A stretch of 63,740 nucleotides of DNA, filler included, from Choristocarpus tenellus KU-1152 (lineage: Eukaryota > Protista > Phaeophyceae): the NCBI GenBank assembly GCA_964200185.2. It is 10 parts of 10 records of this genome, joined end to end, with 100 filler letters (N's around TTAATTAATTAA, not from the genome) between each part and the next. Parts side by side here need not be neighbours in the genome. Positions count along the whole stretch, not along the records: positions 7,690 to 15,628 come from CAXNAD020005364.1; positions 15,729 to 18,699 come from CAXNAD020023259.1; positions 18,800 to 25,323 come from CAXNAD020007944.1; positions 25,424 to 29,191 come from CAXNAD020018035.1; 6 more parts are not named here. One strand, 5' to 3'. A program made the position numbers and the translations under genes. Below the pieces are notes generated by a model. It was not told the DNA's origin. It searched no databases and worked only from the letters and a program-made list of their open reading frames with translations. This document shows, piece after piece, positions 13,301 to 26,434 of the stretch; position 1 is the stretch's first letter, and the number at the start of each line of letters is the position of its first letter.

Positions 13301-14806
13301 AGTACACACACACAGTCCTACTATACCATAGCACCACACCATCATGAACACAGTACAATTAAGGGTTAGTCAACAAAGACTACAACTCCCTGGTGCTCAC
13401 CTGTTCTCCCAGATACTTGATGATCACATTGCCGCCCAAGCTAAACCCACTGAGATATAAGCGGTCCCATGTACCTGGGAATCGCCTATGTATCTCCCCA
13501 ATCTTTTTTGCCATGTTCACAGTTGACAGTCAGTGCGTTGGACCAATTAAAGACGTGGAAGGGTCAGCAAGGGTTCAGTATATTAATAGTATATTAAAAT
13601 GATAATGCTCACAGGACTTGCTTCTTAGAGACAGTTATCCACACTCCACACTTCTTCTCCTTGCACAGCACCACTACTACTACTAATAGCAATAGCAATA
13701 GCAATAATAATGTTCACCAACACACAACACTGCAGTTAGAAGCAAGCAGGATTAGGATGTATCATTTACATCATTCATTCTTACAATCATAGTCCTCAAC
13801 ACATACAGAATACACAGGGATCAAACATCCCTACACTTATTATATTCTTGATAGAGTCAGGTTATACAGAAAATAGGCTCACAATAAATTATTATGCTCA
13901 CAATAAAGTTGAGGTCTTCTGTGTAGCCAAGGTGGTAACCAATGGGATTCATGCCCAATTCACCGCTGCAGCCTCGGAAATTTACTGCCGCAACATCAAA
14001 CCTGGAAAAAGACAAGTATTGACACAAAGAGGAGACGTACAAGGTTTACATTACAGCCTATATTGCACACTATTCAGAACAACAGCCACAACCTTGAGAG
14101 ATTAAAAATATCTCTAAGAGCATAGATAGGTTTGAGACATACAATGTCCAGAACAGAAAACCAAATGGTGTCAACCTTTTCCCCATAGAGCTCTAGAGAG
14201 ATCAAAATTAGTCCTAACCCTCAACATACTGATACTACTAGTGATCACCGTATCTATTACTAGGTAATCTTCAACACGAAAGCATGGGAAGGATTGAATG
14301 GATTGACAGACAGTGAGCACAAAAAAATGGGAGGGGTGGAAGAGGTACCAGACTGAGCAAGTGCAGTGACCCATGGTTCTAGAGAATTTGAGTCAATCTA
14401 ATACTGATGGTAACATATCTTGTTGAATGCCTAGATCGGACTGGGGTCAAAAAGATGAATATATATTTTATGTATGACCAATCTTCTATTCTAATCTCCC
14501 TCCACATTGCAACTGCATCATATTTGACATCATTTGATAGGTACAAAACAAGAGTATCATTTGATCTCACCCACGGCGTATGAATACACTAGCAAAACGC
14601 TGTGTCATTGGAGCAGTTGAGCTGGACTCCAGGCCATGCATCAGCACTATCAGGCGGCGACCGCCTCTGCCTGAACCTGACATCCACTCTGCATTGTCCT
14701 GGTGAACATCACTTGGCTCTTCAGGGTGGCCCAAACCTAGACTTGATCCATGGGTTTGCCCAGCAAGCTGCACAACTTTCTTCAATTCCTCCATTGATGT
14801 TTGCGA
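10363..14806 (-). CDS. YheT/ABHD1-3 family alpha/beta-hydrolase, 5'-partial. Exons 14571-14806, 13902-14001, 13401-13502, 12902-13005, 11997-12162, 11235-11407, 10363-10567
   Basis: Phase-consistent GT-AG splicing gives LMHGLESSS, VNFRGCSGE, YHLGYTEDL, nucleophile GFSLGGN, NARDDPFI and GGHCGF, completing the Ser-Asp-His triad. Confidence 0.92.
11586..11755. repeat. 22-bp intronic minisatellite, ~8 units
   Basis: Unit CCAAACTTGATATC(A/T)AT(C/T)AA(T/C)A. Confidence 0.95.
13040..13074 (+). repeat. Interstitial (TTAGGG)n, ~5 units, intronic
   Basis: GGGTTAGGGTTAGAGTTAGGGTTAGGGTTAGGGTT. Confidence 0.85.
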
Positions 14807-14867
14807 CTGGTTCCAGAAGAAGTTGGAATTTCACACATGGGGGACATAAATGAAGAGCAGCACATGT

Positions 14868-14931
14868 GTAGTATAGTATAGTATAGTATAGTATAGTATA
14901 ATATAGTATTGTATAATATAGTATAGTATAT
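14868..14931. repeat. (TATAG)n microsatellite
   Basis: Direct reading. Confidence 0.9.
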
Positions 14932-15517
14932 CTTGCCAGTAACAAAAAAGAGCAGAAAAGCAACAACAAGTTCGGTATCTAAATTGCCAACACACTTGTA
15001 GCTTGCCATGCACCTAATCATGAAATGCACCTATTTCGTTTTTGTTTTGAAGTGATAAGAATTCAAGAGTATCAATAATATAGACTCAAAGCTTGCACTC
15101 AAATTGCACAGTAATGCAAGGCAATTATTAAGTCTTCACCTGGTGGTGAGGGGACCCAGAGTGGAATTTTGAGTAGCATTCATTTGTGTGCTCTTTGCTA
15201 GGGACCAGACACACTATCTCTTATCATACCACAGATAGACTACCAACCCATGTTCTCGAGAAATAGGGCTATCATATTGTTGAACAGGTGCTTAGCACAC
15301 CCCGCAGGTGGATCCCTGAAGTTTCCAAAGGCTTTAGGGACACTCAAACTCATGGAAAAACAGAAAATGGTATTGTGAATGTACTAGCGGTCTCACCGTG
15401 GACAGGCAGGGATGTACTAGCCCCTATACCCCATACAGGTTCTGCTGCTCAAAATAGCAGAACCAATAGCTTGCCAAACAATTTCCCAACTACAGAATAT
15501 AGTACGGACAATTGAGT

Positions 15518-15628
15518 ATCTTGACTACGGACTAGAAGGAATCTTGACTACGGACTAGAAGGAATCTTGACTACTGACTAGAAGGAATCTTGACTACTGA
15601 CTAGAAGGAATCTTGACTACGGACTAGA
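15518..15628. repeat. 23-bp tandem repeat, ~5 units, running into the contig end
   Basis: Unit ATCTTGACTAC[G/T]GACTAGAAGGA with no spacers. Confidence 0.95.
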
Positions 15629-15989
15629 NNNNNNNNNNNNNNNNNNNNNNNNNNNNNNNNNNNNNNNNNNNNTTAATTAATTAANNNNNNNNNNNNNNNN
15701 NNNNNNNNNNNNNNNNNNNNNNNNNNNNAAATATATATATTTTTTTAATCAAATAAAAAAAAAAAATTGTACAAGAAACGCGGATACAGAAATTAATTAC
15801 TACTCCGAATTCTGTTTTTTTTTTTAAGTTTAAAAGATATTTCGAAAAAATCATCTTTCGCTCATAAAGTCTGCATGTTCTCACTCATGAAGTCGATGTC
15901 CTCCTCACTCCATCCATGGGAATAGACTCGTACCCTCCTAAATGATCCGACTCATCTAGCAGTATGACAATGACCATGGAACACGAAAA

Positions 15990-16125
15990 GACTTTAAAAG
16001 CGGTTGGGGCAGACTGTACTTTCAATACACACGCCTCCCTACAAAATACCAATATCTGCATGACTTTAAAAGCAGTTGGGGCAGACTGTACTTTCAATAC
16101 ACACGCCTCCCTACAAAATACCAAT
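15990..16125. repeat. 72-bp tandem duplication
   Basis: GACTTTAAAAGC.GTTGGGGCAGACTG... at 15990 and 16062. Confidence 0.9.
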
Positions 16126-16949
16126 ACACTCTGCAAGAGATACGCCTCACAAAATGCACAACAAAAAGGGGGGGTTACACCCACGCAATCGCACTGGCTC
16201 TCCATTGAAACGTTCAAATGACGGACTGTAAATACATACACTCTCAAGTGTCGATCGATACTCACGCCTCCCTACAAAATATCGTATGTCTGCATACTCA
16301 CCAAACCCACAACACAAAAAAAAACATTCAGGAGCTCGAATGCATCCCATTCGCCCATGTCTTTCCCACACTTTCCTATTGGTATATAAACGTTAAACGA
16401 AAACTGCATCAACATCACAATCTCATCTTCCACAACATAACATAACATAACACAACACAACACGAGAGGGAGAAAAACGGCATACCCTAACCCTAACCTT
16501 AAAAAACACTTGTTATTTAGGTGAAACATTTTCTTCTGTTTTGTCCAAAGAATAAAATATAGGACACAGTAAACATCCAGCAAGGTGCAGTAACTACCCC
16601 ATCCACAACATTTTCCTTTAAAAAAATTTCAATACATATATATATAACTACATGTGTGAGTATGTCTTACACTACCTCCCAAAAAAGTACATGTACAGTA
16701 GTACCTCATCCACACAATTAACTAAAAATAATTAAAGACACAAAAAGGTACAGTACCCCATCCATCCACAAAATTACTAATAAAATAATTAACATTCACT
16801 ATAACCCTAACACAAAGAGGAATAGTATCCCATCCACTCACAAAACTAAAAAAACTACACAAGAAAGGTATACATTACCCCATCCACATAATTAACTAAA
16901 AATAATAAAAGACACATAAAAGGTACAGTACCTATCCACACCTTCACAA

Positions 16950-17355
16950 ACAAATCAACAGCATATAGTCAACCCTAACCCAAACCCTTACAATCTGACC
17001 AAGAGTGTAAAACCCTAACCCTAAACCCTAAACAAATCAACAACATACGGTTAACCCTAGACCTAACAATCTGACCATGAGTGCAAAGCCCTAACCTTAA
17101 CCCTAACCCTAACAATCTGACCAAGAGCGCAAAGCCCTAACCTTAACCCTAACTAACCCTAACAATCTGACCAAGAGGGTAAAAATAAACCCCCCAACCT
17201 TACAACAACCCTTATCCCTCAACAAATCTACAACATACGGTCAACCCTAGCCCTAACAAATCTGACCAAGATCGTAAAGCCCTAACCTTAACCTTAACCT
17301 CAACCCTAAACAAAACAAAAAAAATCCGGTCAACCCTAACCCTAACCCTAACAAA
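16950..17355. repeat. Composite minisatellite of CCCTAA telomere-like hexamers with AACAATCTGACCAAGAG and AACATACGGTCAA spacers
   Basis: Many CCCTAA/CCTTAA/CCCTAG units interleaved with two recurring spacers. Confidence 0.85.
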
Positions 17356-17371
17356 TCGGAACGAGAGCTCA

Positions 17372-17581
<210 letters not shown>

Positions 17582-17599
17582 TCATCATAACAACAACAA

Positions 17600-18290
17600 C
17601 AACAGGATATTAAATAGGGAATTGAGAAGTAGGAAATGTCGCATTTTAAGAAACCCCAAACAGGCCTTATAAGATGTGGTGCATTGTAATACCTATAATA
17701 TCACCACAAGAAGATATATTAAATAAGGAATTGAGAAGTAGGAAATGTCGCATTTAAGAAACCCAAAACAGGCCTTATTAGATGTGGTGCATTGTAATAC
17801 CTATAATATCACCACAAGAAGATATATTAAATAAGGAATTGAGAAGTAGGAAATGTCGCATTGTAAGAAACCCGAGAGATGACCCAAAATAGGCCTTATT
17901 AGATGTGGTGCATGGTTAACACCTACAAAATATCACCACAAGAAGATATACTAAAGAAGGAATTGAGGAGTAGGAAATGTCGCATTTTAAGAAACCCGAG
18001 AGATGATCCCAAAACAGGCCTTATTAGTTCTGGTGCATGGTTAACACCTATAAAATATCACCACAAGAAGATATTAAACAAAGAATTGAGAGGTAGGCAA
18101 TGCTACATTTTGAGAAACCAGAGAGATGACCCCAAAACAGGCCTTATTAACTCTGGTGCCTGGTAACACCCATCATCACGATCACAAATAAATAATCAAG
18201 AGACAGGAAACGTCATATTTCAAGAAGCCTGAGAGATGACCCCAAAACAACCCTTATTAACTCTGGTGCATGGTAACGCTCATCACCACA
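17600..18290. repeat. ~100-120-bp minisatellite, ~6 diverging units
   Basis: Recurring GAATTGAGAAGTAGGAAATGTCGCATT...AAACAGGCCTTATT. Confidence 0.9.
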
Positions 18291-18366
18291 GACAAAGTAT
18301 GTTATCCGCAACTTCAACCTGTCCGATTGACAGCATAAAAAAAAATAAACAAAAAAAATAAAACGA

Positions 18367-18398
<32 letters not shown>

Positions 18399-18399
18399 T

Positions 18400-18699
18400 C
18401 AGCAAGGTCAAAAGACCAAGGTCAATTACATAGATACGTATTTCTTATTATATAACCAACATACATCCATACATACTCTTTGTCAGCACCCATCACACAT
18501 CTCAGCAAAAGGTCAAAAGACCAAGGTCAATTACATAAATACGTATTTCTTATTATATAACCAACATACATTCATACATACTCTTTGTCAGCACCCATCA
18601 CACATCTCAGCAAAAGGTCAAAAGACCAAGGTCAATTACCTAGATACATATTTCTTATTATATAACCAACATACATTCATACATACTCTTTGTCAGCAC
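18400..18699. repeat. 105-bp tandem repeat, ~3 units, running into the contig end
   Basis: GGTCAAAAGACCAAGGTCAATTAC at 18406, 18511 and 18616. Confidence 0.95.
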
Positions 18700-18799
18700 N
18701 NNNNNNNNNNNNNNNNNNNNNNNNNNNNNNNNNNNNNNNNNNNTTAATTAATTAANNNNNNNNNNNNNNNNNNNNNNNNNNNNNNNNNNNNNNNNNNNN

Positions 18800-19058
18800 C
18801 CTCCAGCTCTGCTTTCAGCTGGAGGAATGTCATCACCGTCTTGCCCACTCGACATTGGCAAAGTCGGATTCTCGTCTGAAAAGGAGGGGGGGCAGGGCCT
18901 TGAGAGTCCACCCTGCCCCCAAACACCGTTTCCCCCGCCCACAGGAACACGTCCTAGGAAGTCCAGTTTTCCGGGATTCGTCCCTCCACCAACTGGAGAG
19001 GAGTTTGCCCCGTATGCGTACCGACCAAGTGGGTGCTCGCTGAGGACACTCTTCAATG
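18800..19058 (+). CDS. Possible Pro/Gly-rich exon of an unidentified gene
   Basis: GC-rich open frame ending at a strong donor G|GTAAGA. The minus strand is also open, so the strand is uncertain. Confidence 0.3.
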
Positions 19059-19904
19059 GTAAGAGGCCGCGAGCAATCATGATTGAGATTGATGTGTTCG
19101 ACAGTCTAGTGTAATAATGTGCTTCGTTGGTCTGAAAATAATAAGCTCAAAAACAATCCTTATCAAGGAGCAATTGTGAATCGAGTTCCAAGGTCAAACC
19201 CCATGATAGGCGGCTCACCTGAAAGAGCCCATAGTTATTGAAAGATTAGACAATCAAGTATACCGTTCCTACCTTCTTAATATGAGTTAATCCGTGTTCG
19301 TGACTCTTTAAGGGGTCAGTTTCTGCTCTGAAACTTGATTAATCAACATATGATGTCGAAGAATCAATTGCGAGTAAAAATACGGAACAGCATGTAGGAA
19401 GATCCACTTCCCCCCTGGATTTGTAGAACTTGTTGACATATGCTGTATGTGCGACTGCGAATTCTGAACAGTATCGAGCACAGTTATTATAGTGGTCAAC
19501 TATAGTGGGAATTCTAATCAATCCAATCCATTGGTACAGTTGACCAATCCAACTTATATAGCAAATGGATACTTGTATGTGTTACGATAAAACTCTGTTA
19601 TTTGTCCGGAAAGGTCTCAATCTCGTTAAGGATCATATGTATGCGGTATGCATATTACTATAATGACAAGAAGAGGATTTCGTTATGAAGAGTTGAGTAT
19701 GAAGAGTTGAGGACTTCAGACAGTTTGAGATTGATTCTCCTTGGACCATGACTTTGGGACTTATGTGACAAATCTGACACAGAGGTACAGAGACCAGGGT
19801 TTCTTTGGTATAATATAGGAGTCAGTCGTACGTTACAAGCATCTTGTAGATGAAACACCAAAACAAATTTATTTTATACTATTATGCCCTCTGTATTTAT
19901 GTAT

Positions 19905-19966
19905 TTATTATTATTATGCCCTCTGACATTTTGCAGATGTGTCAGGGGGAAACCAATGAAAACTAT
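19905..19966 (-). mobile_element. Short stem-loop plus (TAA)n retroposon-like repeat. Other copies ~23390, ~23520, ~23575, ~23648, 29133-29191, 32178-32258, 32310-32395
   Basis: (TAT)n-GCCCTCTGACATTTTGCAGATGTGTCAGGGG-AAACCAATGAAAACTAT recurs in three contigs, always anchored at the (TAT)n end. Confidence 0.65.
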
Positions 19967-20082
19967 TGTGACAACAATGATACAGAGGGCATTGTTTTGG
20001 ACAGGAGGCGTTATTAGTACCATATCATGAAGGTTCCTGGTCTACTCTTTGGGACTTACTTGGATATGATGAAGTGAACAAA

Positions 20083-20241
20083 GGGTCGAAGTATCTGGGG
20101 GGGGGAGAAGATCTACACCAGGGTGTCCATTCGGGCACTGACCAGGAGAAGTTAACTTAAATTATAAATCACCCAAAATCGCGATATGGAAAAATGGACC
20201 CCAAATGGACAGCCGCCACCCCCCTCCAGATACTTTGAGCC
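20083..20241 (+). mobile_element. MITE family B, TSD AAA
   Basis: TIRs GGGTCGAAGTATCTGG and CCAGATACTTTGAGCC; small internal deletion. Confidence 0.9.
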
Positions 20242-21706
20242 AAAAACTGGTTAATTACATAACAGGTATATATCCCGATATTTTACAGGCAATTACAATT
20301 GTAGGGGAGGAAAACCCAGCATTGCATGTGTTTTTTATTCAGGGACCCACCAAAATAATATAACGTGAACACAACTCTGTGTGCAAGTCCGTCCTCCCGT
20401 ACAAGGTTCTCTTTGCACTAGGTACACATATAATATACATAATGCCATGCTCCGTTAACTCATACCCTCTATACATGCACTGACTAATATTGTACTGAGT
20501 GTACAACGCATAAGCATACCTTAGTGGTGGGAAGAGGACACATAACTAAAATCCAATTCCAGGCACAAAATAGCTGTCTATGATCCGGAATGATCCTCAT
20601 TCACTGGGAGTCTACGATGTAAGCAACTTGGACGTGACCCCATGTTTGCTAATTTAATTAATGCACTAATTTTTTTACATCACTACTGCTGATGTATGGC
20701 CACAAACAACAACGATATGAACAAGACACAAGGATGATCGAGTAAGATTGAGGGGGCTCAGATCACTAGCAGCAACCTGTGAACTGCAACCAACTGTGCA
20801 CAGCGACAAACTCAAACCCAACACGACCTTCTTCAGATACCAACTCAGCCTTGCTCCCACCAAGTGCTCCTATCTACATCACTTTTAAATAATATAACGA
20901 ATAATGAACCACAACACGTGAAGAGATACATATACCAGGTTCAATGCTGAAGGTTACTGGAACTGATGGTCCTTCTCCTCGGTAATTTTTGATTCAGAGG
21001 TTTTGACTCTCATTCAATTCCACTACTCGGAGTAGATACGATATTGGTTATCGTTTATTATGTCTAAGGTATGCAAAGGTTAACTGACATATGCATATTG
21101 AATTGAGGTCAAACTATTGCTGTTGGCGGGAACTCACGTGTGGAGGCAAGAGCATCCTTCCTTTCCGAAATCAGCAATATTTGACATTGGATTTTCCGGA
21201 CTGATCAACACGCTCCCCTCTCCCCTCTCGCATTACAGTACTACTATTTATTTGTGTTTATGAAGCCCTTCCCACACCATGATCTTATATTTGGTCGGTA
21301 GTTTCAACAGGAAACAGGTGAGAAGGGATGCTATTGGAATTACTTTGACGTTGCCTCAGGTTGGTTGCAATATATTGCACAACACGAAAATGCAGCTAGC
21401 TCCACAATAATAGTGTCAAAATGCATGTAAAGCAAAGAACAGTAATCATTCTGCCTCTCCCTTCTTATTCCTGTGGCTGTAGTGACTGTCCCTTCCTATG
21501 AGGATCGCATATTATTGATACTCCTCGACCTGGAGTACGGTCTCATATTGACCAAATACATCACACTGCCTTTGAAAGTGCTGCAGTGCAGGTGATGGAA
21601 CGAACTCTGTGGATGACTCTTTTCCTGTAGCGGGTGACGTGCATATGATACTGATTTGTACAAGCTTGGACCTACGGCACATACACAACATGTTGTCCCT
21701 ACCAGA

Positions 21707-21885
21707 GGCTCAAAGTATCTGGGGGGGTGGCAGCTGTCCATTCAGGGTACATTTTCCATGTCACGATTCTTGGGTGAACTTGGTTGCATGCGTCGGATGG
21801 GTAATGCAAGTTCACCTCTCCTGTTCAGGGCCCAAATAGACACCCTAGTATAGAACCCCGCGTCCCCCCCCAAATACTTTGAGAC
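21707..21885 (-). mobile_element. MITE family B, TSD AGA
   Basis: TIRs GGCTCAAAGTATCTGG and CCAAATACTTTGAGAC; AGA on both flanks. Confidence 0.9.
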
Positions 21886-22064
21886 AGAGTATTTGTATGC
21901 ACAACATGGCCCACAACACAAATCGATTCTTGAGCAGTAGACAATAAAGCGTAGTTCGGGCGTAGTAGTATAATTCTATCCAGCTACAAGCAGGTCTACC
22001 TTGTTCTCTCAGTCGAATATTATCATCTGGGAGCCACAATTCACTTACAATTGCACGCGGAAAT

Positions 22065-22328
22065 GATTGAAAGTGTCTCAGAGGGTACGAGTTTTGCCCT
22101 GTTTCTCCATTATTTGGGGCTTGGCTTCCCATGGGCTTTTTATAACATTTTCCTTCTCCAAAATGTTTCGGAGTGGGTAAAATGCGTACGATATATAAAA
22201 AAGGGGTGTCCAGGACATCGACATTGACACTTCCTAACACACACAATAGCCAAAATTACATCAAAATTGCAACATTGGACTTTGGCCTCCAAATGGACAC
22301 GGCTGTACCCTCTAAGATAATTAGGCTC
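22065..22328 (+). mobile_element. MITE family A
   Basis: Full-length diverged copy; flanks AAT/AAA. Confidence 0.88.
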
Positions 22329-25254
22329 AAATCCATTGGGGTGGGCGAAGGGTAGGTCAAAACTGTCTAATCAGAGAGGTGGTAGGATCGATGATCTTAT
22401 TTTGTACCAGGTCACCAGATGTTAGCAATATATTCCAACGGCAATGTCGCCCAAGTCTAGACTCTCGTTATTTATCACATGGTTGGACAAAATGGCATAG
22501 CAAAACTTGAGATGCACTTGGCATGGGGTAGTTGGAACATCGAGTTTGAGGTTTAATGCTGCCTTCTTGTCATCATTATTTTGAACATTTTTTGTACAAC
22601 TTTGGTTAAACAATGTATGGAGGTTATATGCGTGAAGTAAAATGTGCAAGGAAAATTGTATTCACTCGTTGTATCTGGTTCAGGCCTCCCAAGCGTCGAA
22701 AAGAAGGAGGATGATAAATCGCATTGTATAGGGAATCGTAGTGCTTGCAAAACGACAAGTTCTCTCTGGTCCGTCTTGTGTCTTTTCTCAATGCTCAACA
22801 TCACTGAGTATCTTTTGAAGAATCGGTAAGGAGGTACAACAGAGCATTTACTCAGTCTCAGAATATATTAAAGAAGCAAACTTGCTCTCTATGTAACTGT
22901 CATCTCAATCAATGCAACGGGACACCTATTTCTGTTTGGTTACCCGTATCCATTTACTTGCTAAAAGAATAACATGGAATACGCATCATTACTTTCATTG
23001 CTTATTACATTTGTTTATGTGGTGCAATGTCTGCACTACCACGCTTCTAACCTAGCCCTATGAATATGGTGATGGTACGGACTCATCTCAGCACAATGAT
23101 ACTCCTACGCATGCAACTGTACAAATGTACAATAGTACGAGTAAATAGAAATAGTACGAGTAGTAGTACACCTCGTTCTATTACATTGGTATTAATAATA
23201 CTATTACTAGCTTATTAGTGTTACGTATCTACTCTATCGTACTCTACTGTACTATATACTGACTGTACTGTAATGTACTGTACTGTAATGTATTGTACTT
23301 TACTGTTCTGTACTCTATTACTACAATTTATATATTTGTAAGGTTGAATAACCTTGTTTCTAATAACTAAAACCCTTGTTCTAATATTTTATTATTATGC
23401 CTTCTCACAGTTTAGAGATTTGTCGTAGGAAAAAACTTTGAAAAGTCAATTCAATACCAGAACATTGAAAAAGTAAAAGTTGTCATAAATGTGAAAATAT
23501 CTTTCTATTAATTATATACTGTTATGCTCTGTCACATTTTGTAGATGTGTCTTTATATATATATTATATATATTATTATTATCCCTCTCACATTTTGCGT
23601 ATTTCTATCAATATTATTCTATCTACATCTTATCTTCTACTAATTATATTATTATGCCCTCTGACATTTTGCAGAGTGACACTTCTACTAATCATTCTTT
23701 ACTGTAAGATAGATAGAACCATATCATACCGCACCACGTGACGGTATAAGTCTTTCAAACACAAATTTTTGGTCTTCCTCTCCCCTGAATGCTTCGCCAC
23801 TGCCAGACCGAGGGAGCCTTTCCCTCTTCGAATCGGTTCCAGTTGAAGATAGAACTCCCTCGATTGCATGATAAAACATGGAAGATCATTGACATGTACA
23901 GAATTTAAATAGCCATAGGTGCCACGCATGGTCTTCGACCTTCAACTACCAACATTTATTTGGTGTGTTTAGTGTGGCTGGCCGCAAGTGACAGGAATAG
24001 GTGTGACCCTCCCCCGTCGAATCGATTCCAGCTGAACACAGGGAGAACCTCAATTATTTGGGGAATTATGGAAGACCACCTACATCTAGAGTGAATGAAC
24101 CCAGGTGTCGCTCTATGCCCCCATCGGCAGCCATGGGCGGCCACCGTTTTCCTGCATTGATATTGCCCTATCGTGTCCTGTACCCACACAACCTCGACGT
24201 CCACATTTCTCAATCTGACTTCTGATCCCTCCATTGATTTCATACCGTCGAAGCAGGTCACACCAGTTACCGTAAATTGTCTCGGTACAGTACTATCACT
24301 GTTCAGTACCGTGTGGTGATCAGAAACGCGAGCCACAGTGGCTTCGTTGGACCTCGTTCGACTTGTGACTTTGTCAATGACTGGACCTATTAGACCTATT
24401 CTTTTCGTATGACTTATATCATGTACTTCGAAGTGTCATGCACCACAAAAGCTAGATGAATTCATTCTTGTATCTGTTTTTTTGTAATGTATTGCCAAGA
24501 AGCCAAGATAGACAATATCAGATCATGAGACAAAATCGTACTTTACTGCTATCGTGCTGAACAATTGGTGGAGATTCAAATCGCATGATAAATGTTACCA
24601 CTGCTTTTCTTGCACCACACGGATGCTACCATCGTAATAATCCACAAACAAGGAAACCCAGATGACTCATCTAAATAGTTCTTGTGCATAACATCCCATA
24701 TCTTTGTTGGTGTCAGAGAAGCGCTCCTCTCTCACCTCTCTTCGCGAGTAACCAAGAAGTGACACCTCTTCGATTTTGAAGGAACAGTAGAACATGTCAC
24801 ACAACTATTAAATACGACATGGTGTGTATTTTTGTAGTGCATGAATTGTATGAAGAGAGATTCCTGTCCCATTGACCAGACATCACGTGGTGTCCACTCT
24901 GCACAGGTCGAGACTTCCATAAAAGCAAAGATAGGATCTGAACACTTCTACGCCGGGATTTCTTGGAGAATTGTTGTCAGATGTTGATCTTGACCGAGGA
25001 GATAATATCACTCTTGTTTGCCTTGCTGCAGGCACCTTACTGTTCAATCTAGGCAAAAACACTTATTCCATATGATGTTACTATCGACCGAACCATACAC
25101 TGTCCTTGTGTTGGCTCAGCACCTATCTCTGAAAATAACACAACAGATAGGTGGTGGTTTGCCACCAAGTTGTTTTCCGTTCTCCCCTCTCCTCTGTCCT
25201 CCTCCTGAATAGGAATAAGTGACTGGGCTATTACGATTCACACTTCGAAGTCCT

Positions 25255-25323
25255 GGCTCAAAGTATCTGGGAGGGGGTGGCGGCTGTCCATTTGGGGTCA
25301 ATTTTTTCATGTCGCGATTTTTG
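25255..25323 (-). mobile_element. MITE family B, truncated by contig end
   Basis: GGCTCAAAGTATCTGGGAGGGGGTGGCGGCTGTCCATTTGGGG. Confidence 0.85.
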
Positions 25324-26434
25324 NNNNNNNNNNNNNNNNNNNNNNNNNNNNNNNNNNNNNNNNNNNNTTAATTAATTAANNNNNNNNNNNNNNNNNNNNN
25401 NNNNNNNNNNNNNNNNNNNNNNNGGTTGTGGTTGGGGTTTTGCGGGTGTGAGGGGGAAAAATAATGATGGGGGGGGGGGGGGGGGGGGGGGGAGGGGGGG
25501 GGGCGTCAATTGTGGAAGTGGAAAGATCAAAGGTTTCGATAACTTACCTACAAAAGTATATGAAACGATTGTTGGGTTACTTCGTCACTACAACATCATA
25601 CACAAAAAACACAAAAGAGTATTTGTTCCTACAGCTCAGCTGATTGAAATCTTCAATTAAGACTATAAAATCGCTGGAAAAATACGCAGTGCATGATCAC
25701 CAGCACATGAATGACATCATACTGAAGTACGCTTTTTTTTTATTGCATCTAGAAACAAAAAAAACTCACATGAAGAGGAACGATATTGTTGTAAGGAACG
25801 CTCACGAATTATATGCCAACAGGACACCATTACGCATGACAATTGACTATAGAAATTGTCTTATCAACACATGATAATCAACAGAGGTTATTTCAAAAAT
25901 AGATGGAAAGAGTGACAATATCGCTTCTCACACCTCTGTTGAGGGGCATGGGAAAGGTTTCGGATGGGAGGCATGCCCGCACATGCTGTTTCAGTCTAGG
26001 GGAAAAACGATCGTACGAAATATGTTGCGAAGATAACCACCGTGTAAATCTAAGTCTGGAACACTGAGAGAGCATAAGACCTGGTTTTCATGAGCGATGC
26101 GACCAAAATGGTGGCGCGCAAAGTGTGTTCTTTTGGGTATAACATAGTAAGGGGATGTGAAAAGGGGGGTGAGGAAGTAGCTCGGTAACAACAACTACAT
26201 CGTGTACTTGACGGGCTGGGACATAATACGCTATCCGATAGACCAAGAGAGACACTTCTACAAGTAAAACATGACTGCCACTAGAACGAAGGAATGGTCA
26301 ACGTTGAGACACATGGCGGCTTGCGAGGAACTATGAGGGCTCAACTTAAGCGAGTTAATACCAAGACGAGGTTACGTAGTGAAGATGGAAGGAATAAGGC
26401 AAGAGGCGGTAGGAGGGACGTAGGTCTAACTGAC

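Noticed and set aside
15518-15628. 23-bp repeats as a CRISPR array
   Set aside because: Units are head-to-tail with no unique spacers, there are no cas genes, and the context is eukaryotic.
16950-17355. Repeat-spacer pattern as CRISPR-like, or a true chromosome end
   Set aside because: The spacers themselves recur, and the array is degenerate and internal to a gene.
20690-24960. Scattered candidate exons/ORFs (20939-20981, ~21501-21591, 22644-22825, 23956-24336)
   Set aside because: No consistent spliced model or recognisable domain could be built.
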